A stretch of DNA of 64,000 nucleotides, from sequence record OZ346219.1; one strand, 5' to 3'. The DNA comes from a phage. Position 1 is the stretch's first letter. Each line of letters opens with the position of its first letter. This document shows, in pieces, positions 55,901-64,000 of the stretch. Below the pieces are notes generated by a model. That model was not told the origin of the DNA. It saw only the letters and a program-made list of their open reading frames with translations, and made no database searches. A program made the translations under genes and the position numbers.

Positions 55901-55984
55901 GAACTTGTGGATAAACGGTTGAAGGATAATATAGGGAATCCACGCGATCCGAAGAATCCGACACAGAGGAAAATTAATGGCTAA
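52898..55984 (+). CDS. 7: Baseplate wedge protein gp7
   Basis: 1028 aa (T4 gp7 ~1032); position between 6 and 8. Confidence 0.8.
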   Translation: MIKAPSVTSLTIEKLSANQAYITWDDVGENFFYFVELAETRTRDGEIIPVDELSWVNLGYTAEQNWFEDKNLFPEYYYKFRVAVAAEGFEQSKWVETEEFQTFKTNAYNFSMMREFNLANEFIKEKFTYDNREYVKFNTDLIQASLMKEDFVFSPEYANMTNISNYIVVDENFHEIQDHIEKVCTDINRTMLAEMNGVLYLFERFQPIVKVSNDKGQSWKAYKAFNDRVGNPVSRTCVYQSKTTTYVLGYDRIFYGRQASDTRWRADDVRFSDDTITFAKVGDENDLGFDVEVFGVFSRLTGDTTKYAEAMACSDDYLWVGAKDVIRRIRLKNTPVDTVQGSPTFGEKIFDPDVIRVTGNDKAVIQKMDVIDGKLLVFVTGEVKQRYQDPTKPENVVPSDDAGVYLIGSDGLSFQRVFGNTPQEREYIQHGFSNMSTNGDEVFISHYNHHFESILPDPETAEKYELGEAVKYSQEPTYLTDKKIHQTTFRASYDDLRIWELGPQAYYNEADYTWMRRNGVRVWITNDNRPLVVYPEVIYTQEVDTSGILDQNRVNREVYDKGTVTCYLNNVKFEGFKQYASGVMFHKNTGEIIGFYQFNYRVRDQVGVYWKPTNVAFVAELQNQVREVPWVPVHYDREQDPDLRPLLNKMTPDSFLLENENFRKFSEYYLQFLSDGSGTYYNKLKNLIKNKYPREKDAYEYLWSEMNKRNIYADKNKRDAVVRFFESRKSDFYSTKGVEASYKFLFKLLYNEDVEIEVESQAGLEYDIVVSSTNIDEDIVGRTIYTPTGRANVTYLEREYEGGRLRWRVTIHNLIGRFEEGQVIKSEKTAFEGMILVGVRGKELLSSSIDYINRSRSQYTMKIKSALPVSRYANDVMRFVHPVGFGFIGVTLLTMFINSGLSMKHTETIIQSLKNYKFDSGLPSVYPDRVADLDVDGNIKKDPLTGKALYLTSPLIGEEFPVPPEYDQENSELFHGLKASERRFAMSPLFDQSAVTFSMFRELVDKRLKDNIGNPRDPKNPTQRKING

Positions 55985-56972
55985 TGAAAATAGTGTGATC
56001 TATCGCTCAATCATTACTAGTAAATTCAGAACGGAAAAACTTCTGAATTTCTATAATTCTGTAGGCGATGGGGCAAATCAAATTACAATTTATGGAACGT
56101 TTGGACGTTCGGAGCCGTGGTCAGAAAACGAAAAAGAGGTGGGCTTTGCCCCACCTTATCCGACCGATTCAACGGCTGGTGTTGTTGACATGTGGACCCA
56201 TATGATGGGGGCGGTTAAGATTAACAAATCACTTCTTGATGCGGTTATCCCTCGTAAAGATTGGGGTGATACCGGACAGGATAACCCGCGCACATTCTTT
56301 ATCAATGACATTGTTGTTGTCAACTCAGCACCATATAACCGAACTGATGTTGGTAGCGGCTGGATGGTGTATCGCGTAACCGATGTTCCTGATCGCGGTT
56401 ACTGCTCGATTTCAAGCATTGACGCTAAAGTAGAGTGTTTGAAGTTGGGCGGAAAGTGGACACCAACTCATGAATCAATCGCGCCACCAGTCGGGAAAGG
56501 CGATTCTATTGATATGGGTGACGGATATCGTTGGGAATATCTGTACACAATTCCACCTGATGCGGCGATCAACCGTTGCACCAATGAACATATTGTTGTA
56601 CCGTTCCCCGATGAACTGCGACAAGATCCGGCGCGTTGGGGCTATGACAATGTGATCACCTGGTATAATGACTATAATCTGCTTTATCGGCTGAAAGTAG
56701 TAACTTTGCGTTTTCAGGCTTATATGGACTCTGCGCAATTCCCAACTACCGCGTTAGTGGGTAATACTGGTTTCCGTCAGTTAAGCATTATCCTTAACCC
56801 ATTGGAAAAGAAAGCACGCCCTAGCGATCCAGACGTTAAAGCGGTCAAAGATAAGTACCGACCGCAAGACTTAGAGCCACACTCAGGCGAAATGATCTAC
56901 ATGGAAAACCGACAACCTATCGTTCGGTCATTAGATCAAACAGAACTTGTTTCTGTATTGTTTGAGTTCTAA
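55977..56972 (+). CDS. 8: Baseplate wedge protein gp8
   Basis: 331 aa; VIYRSIITSKFRTEKLLNFYNS, GFAPPYPTDS, CLKLGGKWTP, HSGEMIYMENR align to recalled T4 gp8. Confidence 0.9.
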   Translation: MANENSVIYRSIITSKFRTEKLLNFYNSVGDGANQITIYGTFGRSEPWSENEKEVGFAPPYPTDSTAGVVDMWTHMMGAVKINKSLLDAVIPRKDWGDTGQDNPRTFFINDIVVVNSAPYNRTDVGSGWMVYRVTDVPDRGYCSISSIDAKVECLKLGGKWTPTHESIAPPVGKGDSIDMGDGYRWEYLYTIPPDAAINRCTNEHIVVPFPDELRQDPARWGYDNVITWYNDYNLLYRLKVVTLRFQAYMDSAQFPTTALVGNTGFRQLSIILNPLEKKARPSDPDVKAVKDKYRPQDLEPHSGEMIYMENRQPIVRSLDQTELVSVLFEF

Positions 56973-56985
56973 GTGTATGATTTAA

Positions 56986-57016
56986 AAGCCAATTCTAGAG
57001 AGTTGGCTTTTTCTAT
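56986..57016 (+). terminator. Terminator after gene 8
   Basis: AAGCCAATTCTAGAGAGTTGGCTTTTTCTATTTT. Confidence 0.55.
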
Positions 57017-57024
57017 TTTGGGTG

Positions 57025-57052
57025 TTGACAATCTTGTCTGATAAGGTATAAT
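57025..57052 (+). promoter_or_regulatory. Sigma70-like early promoter inside the late baseplate operon
   Basis: Plus strand TTGACA-N16-TATAAT then leader GCTCACATCTAAACAACGGAGGA, same family as the leader at 18124-18151. Confidence 0.6.
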
Positions 57053-57081
57053 GCTCACATCTAAACAACGGAGGATAAATT

Positions 57082-57339
57082 ATGGCACGTCGTAAATTTA
57101 CAGATAATTGTGAAGCAATTCAGGTATCCCCTTGCGGTTGGGATGTGATCGCGAACGGTGAAAAGATCGGAGAGATCATCGATCATACTCATTCATCACT
57201 AGCCGATTACACCGATGAACTATGGGAGGGTATCAACTTCATGAATGACACTAAACGATTCAAGACTATCGACGAAGCTATCTATTTTGTGTATAATCCA
57301 ACTTTCGGTATGTGGGGAACTAGAAAATGGCACGCGTAA
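57082..57339 (+). CDS. Hypothetical protein (cassette ORF 1)
   Basis: 85 aa; GGAGGATAAATT SD; begins MARR. Confidence 0.45.
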   Translation: MARRKFTDNCEAIQVSPCGWDVIANGEKIGEIIDHTHSSLADYTDELWEGINFMNDTKRFKTIDEAIYFVYNPTFGMWGTRKWHA

Positions 57340-57659
57340 ACATTAAACTACACTACACAATGGGTAAAGCTAAGTTCCCAATGCAAAAGCATTACTATGG
57401 TCTACGTGCACAAGATCCAAAACTCTATGGTACTCATTGGTTTTGTAAACATGATAACCAATGGCACACATACGAAGAAATGCACGAGATGATGAAACAG
57501 GGTATTGAATTGAGTTATTCTAATTATGACCATCGTATAACTTGCATTCGAAAATTGAAACGATGGATTCGTAAGAATCCGCAATTTAAAAACTTTGTGT
57601 TCTTTATGTCTCATGTTTATTTGGGACATAGCGTTACCGTCACAGCAAAGGTTAAATAA
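57327..57659 (+). CDS. Hypothetical protein (cassette ORF 2)
   Basis: 110 aa; basic, His/Trp-rich; overlaps ORF 1 by 13 nt. Confidence 0.45.
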   Translation: MARVNIKLHYTMGKAKFPMQKHYYGLRAQDPKLYGTHWFCKHDNQWHTYEEMHEMMKQGIELSYSNYDHRITCIRKLKRWIRKNPQFKNFVFFMSHVYLGHSVTVTAKVK

Positions 57660-58498
57660 TGGCACGACTTTCTAAACAAGAACAAAAATTACACGATCGG
57701 GTGATGGAGTTGATTAATTCAGATCGCCCATTGACATATGAAGAAAAAGAATTTTGCTATAATAACTATCATGGCGATGGTCTAGGCGGTTCAGGTGCAT
57801 TCTTTACCCCAGAAGGGCTTGCACGGGATTTTACCATCGATGCACATTGCACAGGAAAAGTATTAGATCTTTGTGCTGGGATCGGTCGCTTATCTTTTTG
57901 TATGTTACATCGTTGTAAGCCAGAAAAGATCGTATGCATCGAACTCAATCCAGAATTTGCGCGGATTGGCAAGCGACTATTACCGGAGGCAGAATGGATC
58001 ACCAGCGATGTATTCGAATTTGAGTCAAACGAAAAATTCGATGTGGTGATCAGCAATCCACCCTTCGGGAAAATCAATACAACCGACACAAAGGATGTAT
58101 TTGAGTACACTGGCGGTGAGTTTGAATTTAAGGTTATGACGCTAGGGCAAAAGTTTGCTGATGTTGGCTATTTTATTGTTCCTGTGGGTTCCGCTGGTTT
58201 TGCTTATTCCGGCAGACCTTATTATGACGGGACCATGAAGTCTAATAAATATCTAAAATGGAGCAAACAAACTGGTTTGGTGACTTATGCCGGATGTGGG
58301 ATCGATACATCAATCTATCGCGATGAATGGCACAGTACCAACGTTTTAACAGAAGTGGTTGAGGTTCGGTATTACGAGAAAGAAGCCGTAGAAGCGCCTA
58401 AATCACGCCCTAACGAACAAATAGAAGAAAGTAAGGAGATTACCTTACCGAAACAGGAAAGCGAGTCTGGGACGCTCTCAGATTTGTTTGACATTTAA
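57659..58498 (+). CDS. N6-adenine methyltransferase-like protein (gamma-class motif order) with clamp-binding-like tail
   Basis: 279 aa; motif X GAFFTPEGLARDF, motif I VLDLCAGIGRL, motif IV ISNPPFG; tail ...TLSDLFDI nearly identical to gp43 tail ...SLTDLFDI. Confidence 0.7.
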   Translation: MARLSKQEQKLHDRVMELINSDRPLTYEEKEFCYNNYHGDGLGGSGAFFTPEGLARDFTIDAHCTGKVLDLCAGIGRLSFCMLHRCKPEKIVCIELNPEFARIGKRLLPEAEWITSDVFEFESNEKFDVVISNPPFGKINTTDTKDVFEYTGGEFEFKVMTLGQKFADVGYFIVPVGSAGFAYSGRPYYDGTMKSNKYLKWSKQTGLVTYAGCGIDTSIYRDEWHSTNVLTEVVEVRYYEKEAVEAPKSRPNEQIEESKEITLPKQESESGTLSDLFDI

Positions 58499-58501
58499 TT
58501 A

Positions 58502-58529
58502 TAAGCCGTCCTTGTGGGCGGCTTTTTTG
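58502..58529 (+). terminator. Terminator closing the methyltransferase cassette
   Basis: AAGCCGTCCTTGTGGGCGGCTTTTTTG. Confidence 0.6.
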
Positions 58530-58538
58530 TATGTATTT

Positions 58539-58546
58539 TATAAATA
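58539..58546 (+). promoter_or_regulatory. T4-type late promoter (TATAAATA) for gene 9
   Basis: Exact TATAAATA ~28 nt upstream of gene 9 ATG, just after cassette terminator. Confidence 0.55.
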
Positions 58547-58573
58547 ATACATCATAACATGAGGAATTAAACA

Positions 58574-59428
58574 ATGGCACAAGTTCCAAAGAAAAGAATA
58601 GACACAGGTACTGTCGGCAATCCATCGACTGGCGATATCTTATATGATGGTGGTAATAAAATTAACGATAACTTTGATTCAATATATGACGCATTTGCTG
58701 ATCAGCGGTTTAAAGACGTAGACCACGGAGTGGGAAGAATGGTTATTCATGCAACCGGATACTATCAGAAGCATCCACGTCAAAGCTACGCGGGTTCCGC
58801 TGTTGAGATTGGGAGTCTACACGATATCGATACAACTCAAGGCGCACTTATTGCTATTCTACCTAAAGCAAAGGTCGGCGAGGGTGTTGTATTCATAAAT
58901 AGTAACGGTAGCCTTTCAACGACGACACCGCTCAATATTCGAACTCAAGCAGGTGATTCTATTAGCGGTTATTCCGGTGATGCTACAATAACACAACCAT
59001 TTTCAAAAGTCACTGTTTGGTGTACTGCCGTTGAAGGTAGTCGCGTAACATGGCGATTGGGTATCGAAAGTATGTTTACCGATACAACAACGCCATTAGA
59101 TAAAACAGTTAACGTAACTGGAGTAGCAACAAACGTTGCTATTGCCGCAAAAACAGAATATGTTTCCATCAAATTATTAACTACCGCTAGCAATACATCC
59201 GGTTCAAAAATGCGTTCAAGTGAAACGCTACTGATGATTGATTCTAAAGCCGGAAAAGTTTATGCGACGGAATATGCAGTTTTGCAGAAGACAGAAGATG
59301 AACTATACACGGTTCGTTATTTCATCGGTTCCGGCGATAAAGTATATGCAGAGTATAAGGCTACTGGCGAAAATATTCGTTTAGCAGTTAAAGCCGTAGA
59401 CACTATTAAAATCGGGGTTGCTACATGA
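58574..59428 (+). CDS. 9: Baseplate wedge / long-fibre attachment protein gp9
   Basis: 284 aa; KKRIDTGTVGNPSTGDILYDGGNKIN, HATGYYQKH, FINSNGS, KIGVA align to recalled T4 gp9; late promoter TATAAATA at 58539-58546. Confidence 0.85.
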   Translation: MAQVPKKRIDTGTVGNPSTGDILYDGGNKINDNFDSIYDAFADQRFKDVDHGVGRMVIHATGYYQKHPRQSYAGSAVEIGSLHDIDTTQGALIAILPKAKVGEGVVFINSNGSLSTTTPLNIRTQAGDSISGYSGDATITQPFSKVTVWCTAVEGSRVTWRLGIESMFTDTTTPLDKTVNVTGVATNVAIAAKTEYVSIKLLTTASNTSGSKMRSSETLLMIDSKAGKVYATEYAVLQKTEDELYTVRYFIGSGDKVYAEYKATGENIRLAVKAVDTIKIGVAT

Positions 59429-61227
59429 AACAATTAATTAATATCGGTAACGTTGTTGATGACGGTACAGGTGATTATCTAAGAAAAGGCGGTCAAAAGA
59501 TTAATGACAACTTTTCTGAACTTTATACTAAGCTGGGGGATGGTGATATCCCTCATGCATCCGGCGCGTGGAAAACTCACACACAACCAGTATTAAAACC
59601 AAATTTTGGTGATGCATGGGCGATTAATACAACGAACAACGCTGTTTCTGTTGAATTGCCTAAAGGAAGCGCGAGCGATTATAATAAAACAATTAAACTT
59701 CGTGATGTTTGGCGCTCATGGGCTGCACATAACGTAACGTTGAAGCCAGCACAAGGTGATACCATTAAGGGATCTCCAATCGACCGTGAGTTGTATAAAG
59801 ATTTCATGGATGTTGAATTGGTTTATTGTGCGCCTGGACGTTGGGAATATGTCGAAAATAAACGAGTAGATACTATCACCACTTCCGATTTAAGCACAGT
59901 CGCTAAGGAAGTTTATATTGCAACCGAAGGACAAACAGACTTCCCTAATGTGTTTGGTTCCAATACTTACAATATTCGAAATGTTGAAGTGTATTATCGC
60001 GGTAACTTGCTTTATTATGGCAAGGATTTAACCGATGATTCTAACTATGGTTCAATCGGTGAAAACGGTGATATTGTTCCTCTGGACGGTAAAAGCATTA
60101 AATTACGCTTCCCTTGTTCGGCGGGTGATACCATTCAAATCATCACTTATATGGACGGTATCGCATCCTTCCGGTCAAGCTATATTACTCATACAATCCG
60201 CGTTTATGAAACAGGAATGACCACTTTGGAATCCATCCCTGGTGAAGTTTGGGTCGGTGAACTTGCTAATAAGAAAGAGTTTACTAATGCTGAATTAGGC
60301 GTAAGTAAGCGAGATCTTATTAATCCAAATTCATTTGAATTGCTGATCAACGGCACACAAATGATTAAAGCGGGTGATGCGGATTTACCTTCCTTTATTT
60401 GTGAAGGTGCTGACGGTGAAACGGAAGAAAGCTGCGTACTTGCTGGCGGTCAATGGGTGGAATCTGGTGAAGATTATTCATTAATGTTTGACGAAAACAG
60501 CGTGGTGACTGGTATTAAATTATCTAAAGCACTAGATAACCGAGACACTATCACAATTCGCTGGTTTAATAATGATATCGGAACATTAATGGAATGGGAC
60601 GGTGTAGGCGGTATTAAAGAAAAAGCAGATAAAATCTATCTTAATAACGAAGATGAAGTTACTCTGACAAATCGAATTGAATATACCGATTTCCAGAATC
60701 CAAGCCAAGCAACTAAACGCCCAATGGAAGATTATACAGGTCGTGTGATGGATATCTATTCCATCTTTGATATTTTCCATCCTATAGGCACAATTTATGA
60801 AAACGCGCATAACCCAGCTAACCCGGCGACATATATGGGAATTGGTACATGGGTACGTTATGCGGAAGGAGAATTTCTGGCTGGTTGGTCTTCTGACGCA
60901 AGCGATCAAAACTTCGCACTAAACAACAACGATCTTGATACACATGGTCAACCTACACACACCGCAGGTGGTAACGGTGGTGATGTTGCATACCAGATCA
61001 AGAAAAATATGATTCCTGAATTACAGAGCAACGATCGAGTTCTTGTAAAAGATGATAACGGAAATATTATTATCGGTGGTTGTCAGGTAGACCCTGATGC
61101 AGTAGGTCCAGCGTTTACCAAATATCGAGAAGATAATGTTAAGGTTAATCAGGGAAATACCGATCCATCAATGATGGGTATTCTTCCTCCATACAGAACT
61201 GTCTATCGTTGGCTAAGGGTAGGTTAA
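59425..61227 (+). CDS. 10: Baseplate wedge protein gp10
   Basis: 600 aa (T4 gp10 ~602); position between 9 and 11. Confidence 0.8.
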   Translation: MKQLINIGNVVDDGTGDYLRKGGQKINDNFSELYTKLGDGDIPHASGAWKTHTQPVLKPNFGDAWAINTTNNAVSVELPKGSASDYNKTIKLRDVWRSWAAHNVTLKPAQGDTIKGSPIDRELYKDFMDVELVYCAPGRWEYVENKRVDTITTSDLSTVAKEVYIATEGQTDFPNVFGSNTYNIRNVEVYYRGNLLYYGKDLTDDSNYGSIGENGDIVPLDGKSIKLRFPCSAGDTIQIITYMDGIASFRSSYITHTIRVYETGMTTLESIPGEVWVGELANKKEFTNAELGVSKRDLINPNSFELLINGTQMIKAGDADLPSFICEGADGETEESCVLAGGQWVESGEDYSLMFDENSVVTGIKLSKALDNRDTITIRWFNNDIGTLMEWDGVGGIKEKADKIYLNNEDEVTLTNRIEYTDFQNPSQATKRPMEDYTGRVMDIYSIFDIFHPIGTIYENAHNPANPATYMGIGTWVRYAEGEFLAGWSSDASDQNFALNNNDLDTHGQPTHTAGGNGGDVAYQIKKNMIPELQSNDRVLVKDDNGNIIIGGCQVDPDAVGPAFTKYREDNVKVNQGNTDPSMMGILPPYRTVYRWLRVG

Positions 61228-61228
61228 T

Positions 61229-61873
61229 ATGATTTCTAAAACACGTTCAAAAGCTAGTGTATTTTCCAGCGATGCGGCGTTTATTTCATACGATCCAGGA
61301 TCGAAAGATCCTGTTATCGGTGGTTCTCGTCCAATTGGTGGCGTTAATGTCGATCAATCAAGAAAAGGTTCCTATGTAAACAACGTTCAATCTGCAATTG
61401 ATGACCTTTATTCATTGTCAATGATCCGAATTGGTGATGTGTTGGTTACAACCAACTCAACTCCACCACAAGCCGCAGGACAGATTGAAACTCTGTCATT
61501 TTCTGGTTCTGTTAACAATCAGCATAATCCAGACGCAAACAAAGTATTAATTGATGTTTTGGGTTATCCATTTATTGTTGATGTTGGGTCTTCCGGCGTT
61601 TCTCTATGTGAGAAAGTAACGGAAAAATTTACCGAACTAATGAATAAAAACATTATGTTCAAAGAAGTAAAAAGAAAAGGAAGTAGCAACGACCAATTAG
61701 AAATTCATTATATCGATTCTCTTGAACACCCACCAACCGATATTAACAAGTACGGAATTACAATCACAGGAAATGTTGATTCTCCTGCTCGTGTTGGTTA
61801 TGGTTCATGGTCTCGAATGGGTACAGAAGAGAAATTTGGAACTACCCTATATTATTTCAAACGTATTGCATAA
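61229..61873 (+). CDS. 11: Baseplate wedge / short-fibre attachment protein gp11
   Basis: 214 aa (T4 gp11 ~219); position. Confidence 0.8.
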   Translation: MISKTRSKASVFSSDAAFISYDPGSKDPVIGGSRPIGGVNVDQSRKGSYVNNVQSAIDDLYSLSMIRIGDVLVTTNSTPPQAAGQIETLSFSGSVNNQHNPDANKVLIDVLGYPFIVDVGSSGVSLCEKVTEKFTELMNKNIMFKEVKRKGSSNDQLEIHYIDSLEHPPTDINKYGITITGNVDSPARVGYGSWSRMGTEEKFGTTLYYFKRIA

Positions 61874-61884
61874 GGTGATGTATA

Positions 61885-63285
61885 ATGGCAAACAATACTA
61901 TTAACCATGTAAAAGACGATGCTCAATACGTCAAGTTTAACCCTGTAAATGATTGGCCTCAAAGCATTACCAACGTACAAGCGGCTTTAGCCGCTATTAA
62001 TGGCTTTGCCGTAAATGGATTACCGGACGCTACGGAAGATACAGCCGGGATCGCTGCAATCGCAACTCAGGAAGAAGTAAACGACGGCACTGTAGACAAT
62101 AAGATCGTGACTCCAAAAACACTAGCTGTTAAAATGTCACGTCCAGATGCTACAAAAGAAGTAAAAGGCATTACCCGATTTGCCACGATGGAAGAATCGC
62201 TGCAAGAGAGCAACGAGAACATGGCAATCGGTCCAGACACACTAAACCATTACTTCACCACTAAAAAGGCGTCAGAGAGCGTTCAGGGGACTATTAAGAT
62301 ATGTTCTCTTGAGGCGGCAAAGATTGGCAGTGATGACACAATGGCAGTAACACCGAAAAAGATGCACACTGCCATTGCACAGATTGTGCCGGGATTAATT
62401 CCAGATCAAAACACAGCAACCGAAAGCGCACAGGGTTTAGTTCAGTTAGCAACTAATGCGCAGGTTTTACAAGGCCAGATTCGAGAAGGTTTTGCAATTA
62501 GCCCTTATGCATTTGCAAATGCTCGCGCCAATGAGAATCAGGCGGGTACTGTTAAGATCGCCAGCCAGTCACAGATGAATGCTGGTTCAGATGATACTGT
62601 AGTTGTTTCTGCTAAGAAGTTTGCAAGCACTAAGGCAACAACGTCTCAATACGGCATTGTTAAACTACGAGACACCGTAGGAAGTGAGGCTAACGCTGCA
62701 CTATCAGCAAATGCTAAGGTTCTTCCTAGCACTGGCGGTACGGTAAGCGGAAACGTCTATAAAGGTTCAAACTCAGACGGCAACCAGTTTGTTACTAAAA
62801 ATGAATTAGCGAATCACGCAATGCCAATTGGTGGTATTATCCTTTCTGGATTCAATGCCGATCGAGGTGACTTTCTGATCTGTAATGGTCGTTCACTGAA
62901 TAAAAATCAATATCCGCAATTATTTTCTGCGATTGGTTATACCTTTGGTGGTTCAGGTGACAATTTTAATCTTCCTGATATGCGCGGTTTAGTTGCTCGT
63001 GGTTGCGATCATGGAAGAAACCTTGATCCAGGTCGTCGATTTGGTTCTTATCAAGAAGACGCAATGCAGAGAATTACTGGTAAATTCCCTGTAGCTGACC
63101 GCTGGCGCGGTTGGTATGGTGGAGCATTTACCGCACAGCGCGGTCAATGGAGCACGAACTATAAAAACGGTGGTGGTGATGATTGGGGCTCTACTGTTAA
63201 CTTTGATTCAGGAAGATCCGTAAGAACGGCTAACGAGACTCGCGTCAAGAGTCTGGCATTAAACTATATCATAAGGGTGCGCTAA
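61885..63285 (+). CDS. 12: Short tail fibre protein gp12
   Basis: 466 aa (shorter than T4 gp12); position between 11 and wac; Gly-rich C-terminal region. Confidence 0.75.
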   Translation: MANNTINHVKDDAQYVKFNPVNDWPQSITNVQAALAAINGFAVNGLPDATEDTAGIAAIATQEEVNDGTVDNKIVTPKTLAVKMSRPDATKEVKGITRFATMEESLQESNENMAIGPDTLNHYFTTKKASESVQGTIKICSLEAAKIGSDDTMAVTPKKMHTAIAQIVPGLIPDQNTATESAQGLVQLATNAQVLQGQIREGFAISPYAFANARANENQAGTVKIASQSQMNAGSDDTVVVSAKKFASTKATTSQYGIVKLRDTVGSEANAALSANAKVLPSTGGTVSGNVYKGSNSDGNQFVTKNELANHAMPIGGIILSGFNADRGDFLICNGRSLNKNQYPQLFSAIGYTFGGSGDNFNLPDMRGLVARGCDHGRNLDPGRRFGSYQEDAMQRITGKFPVADRWRGWYGGAFTAQRGQWSTNYKNGGGDDWGSTVNFDSGRSVRTANETRVKSLALNYIIRVR

Positions 63286-64000
63286 TGATTGAACAATTAA
63301 ACATCCACGAGATCCCACATGTTGACGGTGTACCAAGCGAAGGACAGCACCGTATTAACTGGATCAAGAATGGCGAATGTTTAAGCGCAGCAACGACACA
63401 GACTGGCAATGACGGGACGCTTAACCGCGCCCCTGTTGCAATTCAAGAAAACGTTGCACGCGTAAACGAAAACGCAAAATCAACCGTCGCTAAAGTTAAC
63501 GAGGTTGTAACGGCGGTTAACGATATTAAAACAACTTTAGGGGTAATTTCTGACGGAAGTATCATTGATGTGGTTAACCAGACTGTCGCAAAAGTTGAAT
63601 CCGTCGAAGATAACTTAGGAGAAACAGCAAGAACTCTACAAACAACGGTAGACGCTGTATCAGAACTTAACGTCAAGATTGGTGATCGCCCCGCTGCCGA
63701 TCCGAGCACAAGAACAATCTATGATGACATTTCTTTCATCAAACAAGAAATGGGTTCTTATCCTAACTTTAATATCAATGGTTCCCCTGATGCTGGCAGT
63801 TCCGGTTCTGGCATCAAATACCGAGTTATTCAGAATACCGCAGCATTAAATGACCACGGTCGCCGAATCGTTCAGCTTGAAAACGACTGGCAAGATTCTG
63901 ACGTAGGCGAGTTAACAAAACAAGTTAACAAAATGCGCAGTGAGATCGGCGACACGTCTCTTGCAACACAAGAAAATGTGTATGTTCGTCTCCGCACCAA
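63285..64000 (+). CDS. wac: Fibritin (wac), 5' part; continues beyond window
   Basis: ATG 63285 overlaps gene 12 stop (TAATG); HEIPHVDGVPSEGQHRINWIKNGE aligns to recalled T4 Wac N-terminus; no stop before window end. Confidence 0.75.
   Translation, partial: MIEQLNIHEIPHVDGVPSEGQHRINWIKNGECLSAATTQTGNDGTLNRAPVAIQENVARVNENAKSTVAKVNEVVTAVNDIKTTLGVISDGSIIDVVNQTVAKVESVEDNLGETARTLQTTVDAVSELNVKIGDRPAADPSTRTIYDDISFIKQEMGSYPNFNINGSPDAGSSGSGIKYRVIQNTAALNDHGRRIVQLENDWQDSDVGELTKQVNKMRSEIGDTSLATQENVYVRLRT

Larger units (their letters stand above)
56986..58529 (+). mobile_element. Terminator-bounded three-gene cassette between genes 8 and 9
   Basis: Bounded by terminators 56986-57016 and 58502-58529, with its own sigma70-like promoter 57025-57052; I recall genes 8 and 9 as adjacent in T4; mobility is inferred, no repeats or integrase seen. 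Confidence 0.4.

Noticed and set aside
48631-63709. Short ORFs embedded in baseplate and fibre genes (e.g. 48631-48816, 49560-49892, 51679-52392, 53054-53326, 54398-54814, 56470-56738, 57402-58110, 58969-59193, 60035-60909, 63443-63709)
   Set aside because: All lie inside or antisense to long ORFs with strong positional or sequence support; none has an SD.

Overview
This 64-kb window reads as part of a T4-type (Tevenvirinae-like) myovirus genome. All calls rest on reading the sequence, the ORF track, motif recognition and recalled T4/RB69 protein sequences and gene order; no database search was run. Bases 33-47711 are transcribed on the minus strand: the replication module (genes 43, regA, 62, 44, 45, 46, 47, 55), anaerobic ribonucleotide reductase (nrdG, nrdD), endonuclease VII, Dam methylase, thymidine kinase, genes 57B/57A/1/3/2/4-like, and a hyperplastic early region of about 70 small ORFs with two HNH endonuclease genes. 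From 47767 the plus strand carries the late baseplate/short-fibre module (53, 5, 5.4, 6, 7, 8, 9, 10, 11, 12 and the start of wac). The most interesting candidate for an undescribed system is a self-contained cassette between baseplate genes 8 and 9: early promoter, two small ORFs and an N6-adenine methyltransferase whose C-terminus copies the polymerase clamp-binding tail. Other notable items are about 15 stereotyped sigma70-like early promoters (several with a stem-loop, resembling PeSL cassettes), an 8-member paralogue family, a GC-rich glycine-rich gene, a macro-domain protein, an Acb1-like phosphoesterase, an in-frame TAA in one small gene, and an insertion between genes 3 and 2. No tRNA, rRNA or CRISPR array was found. 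Many track ORFs begin at upstream GTG/TTG codons; where a downstream ATG with a Shine-Dalgarno (SD) sequence exists I report that start.
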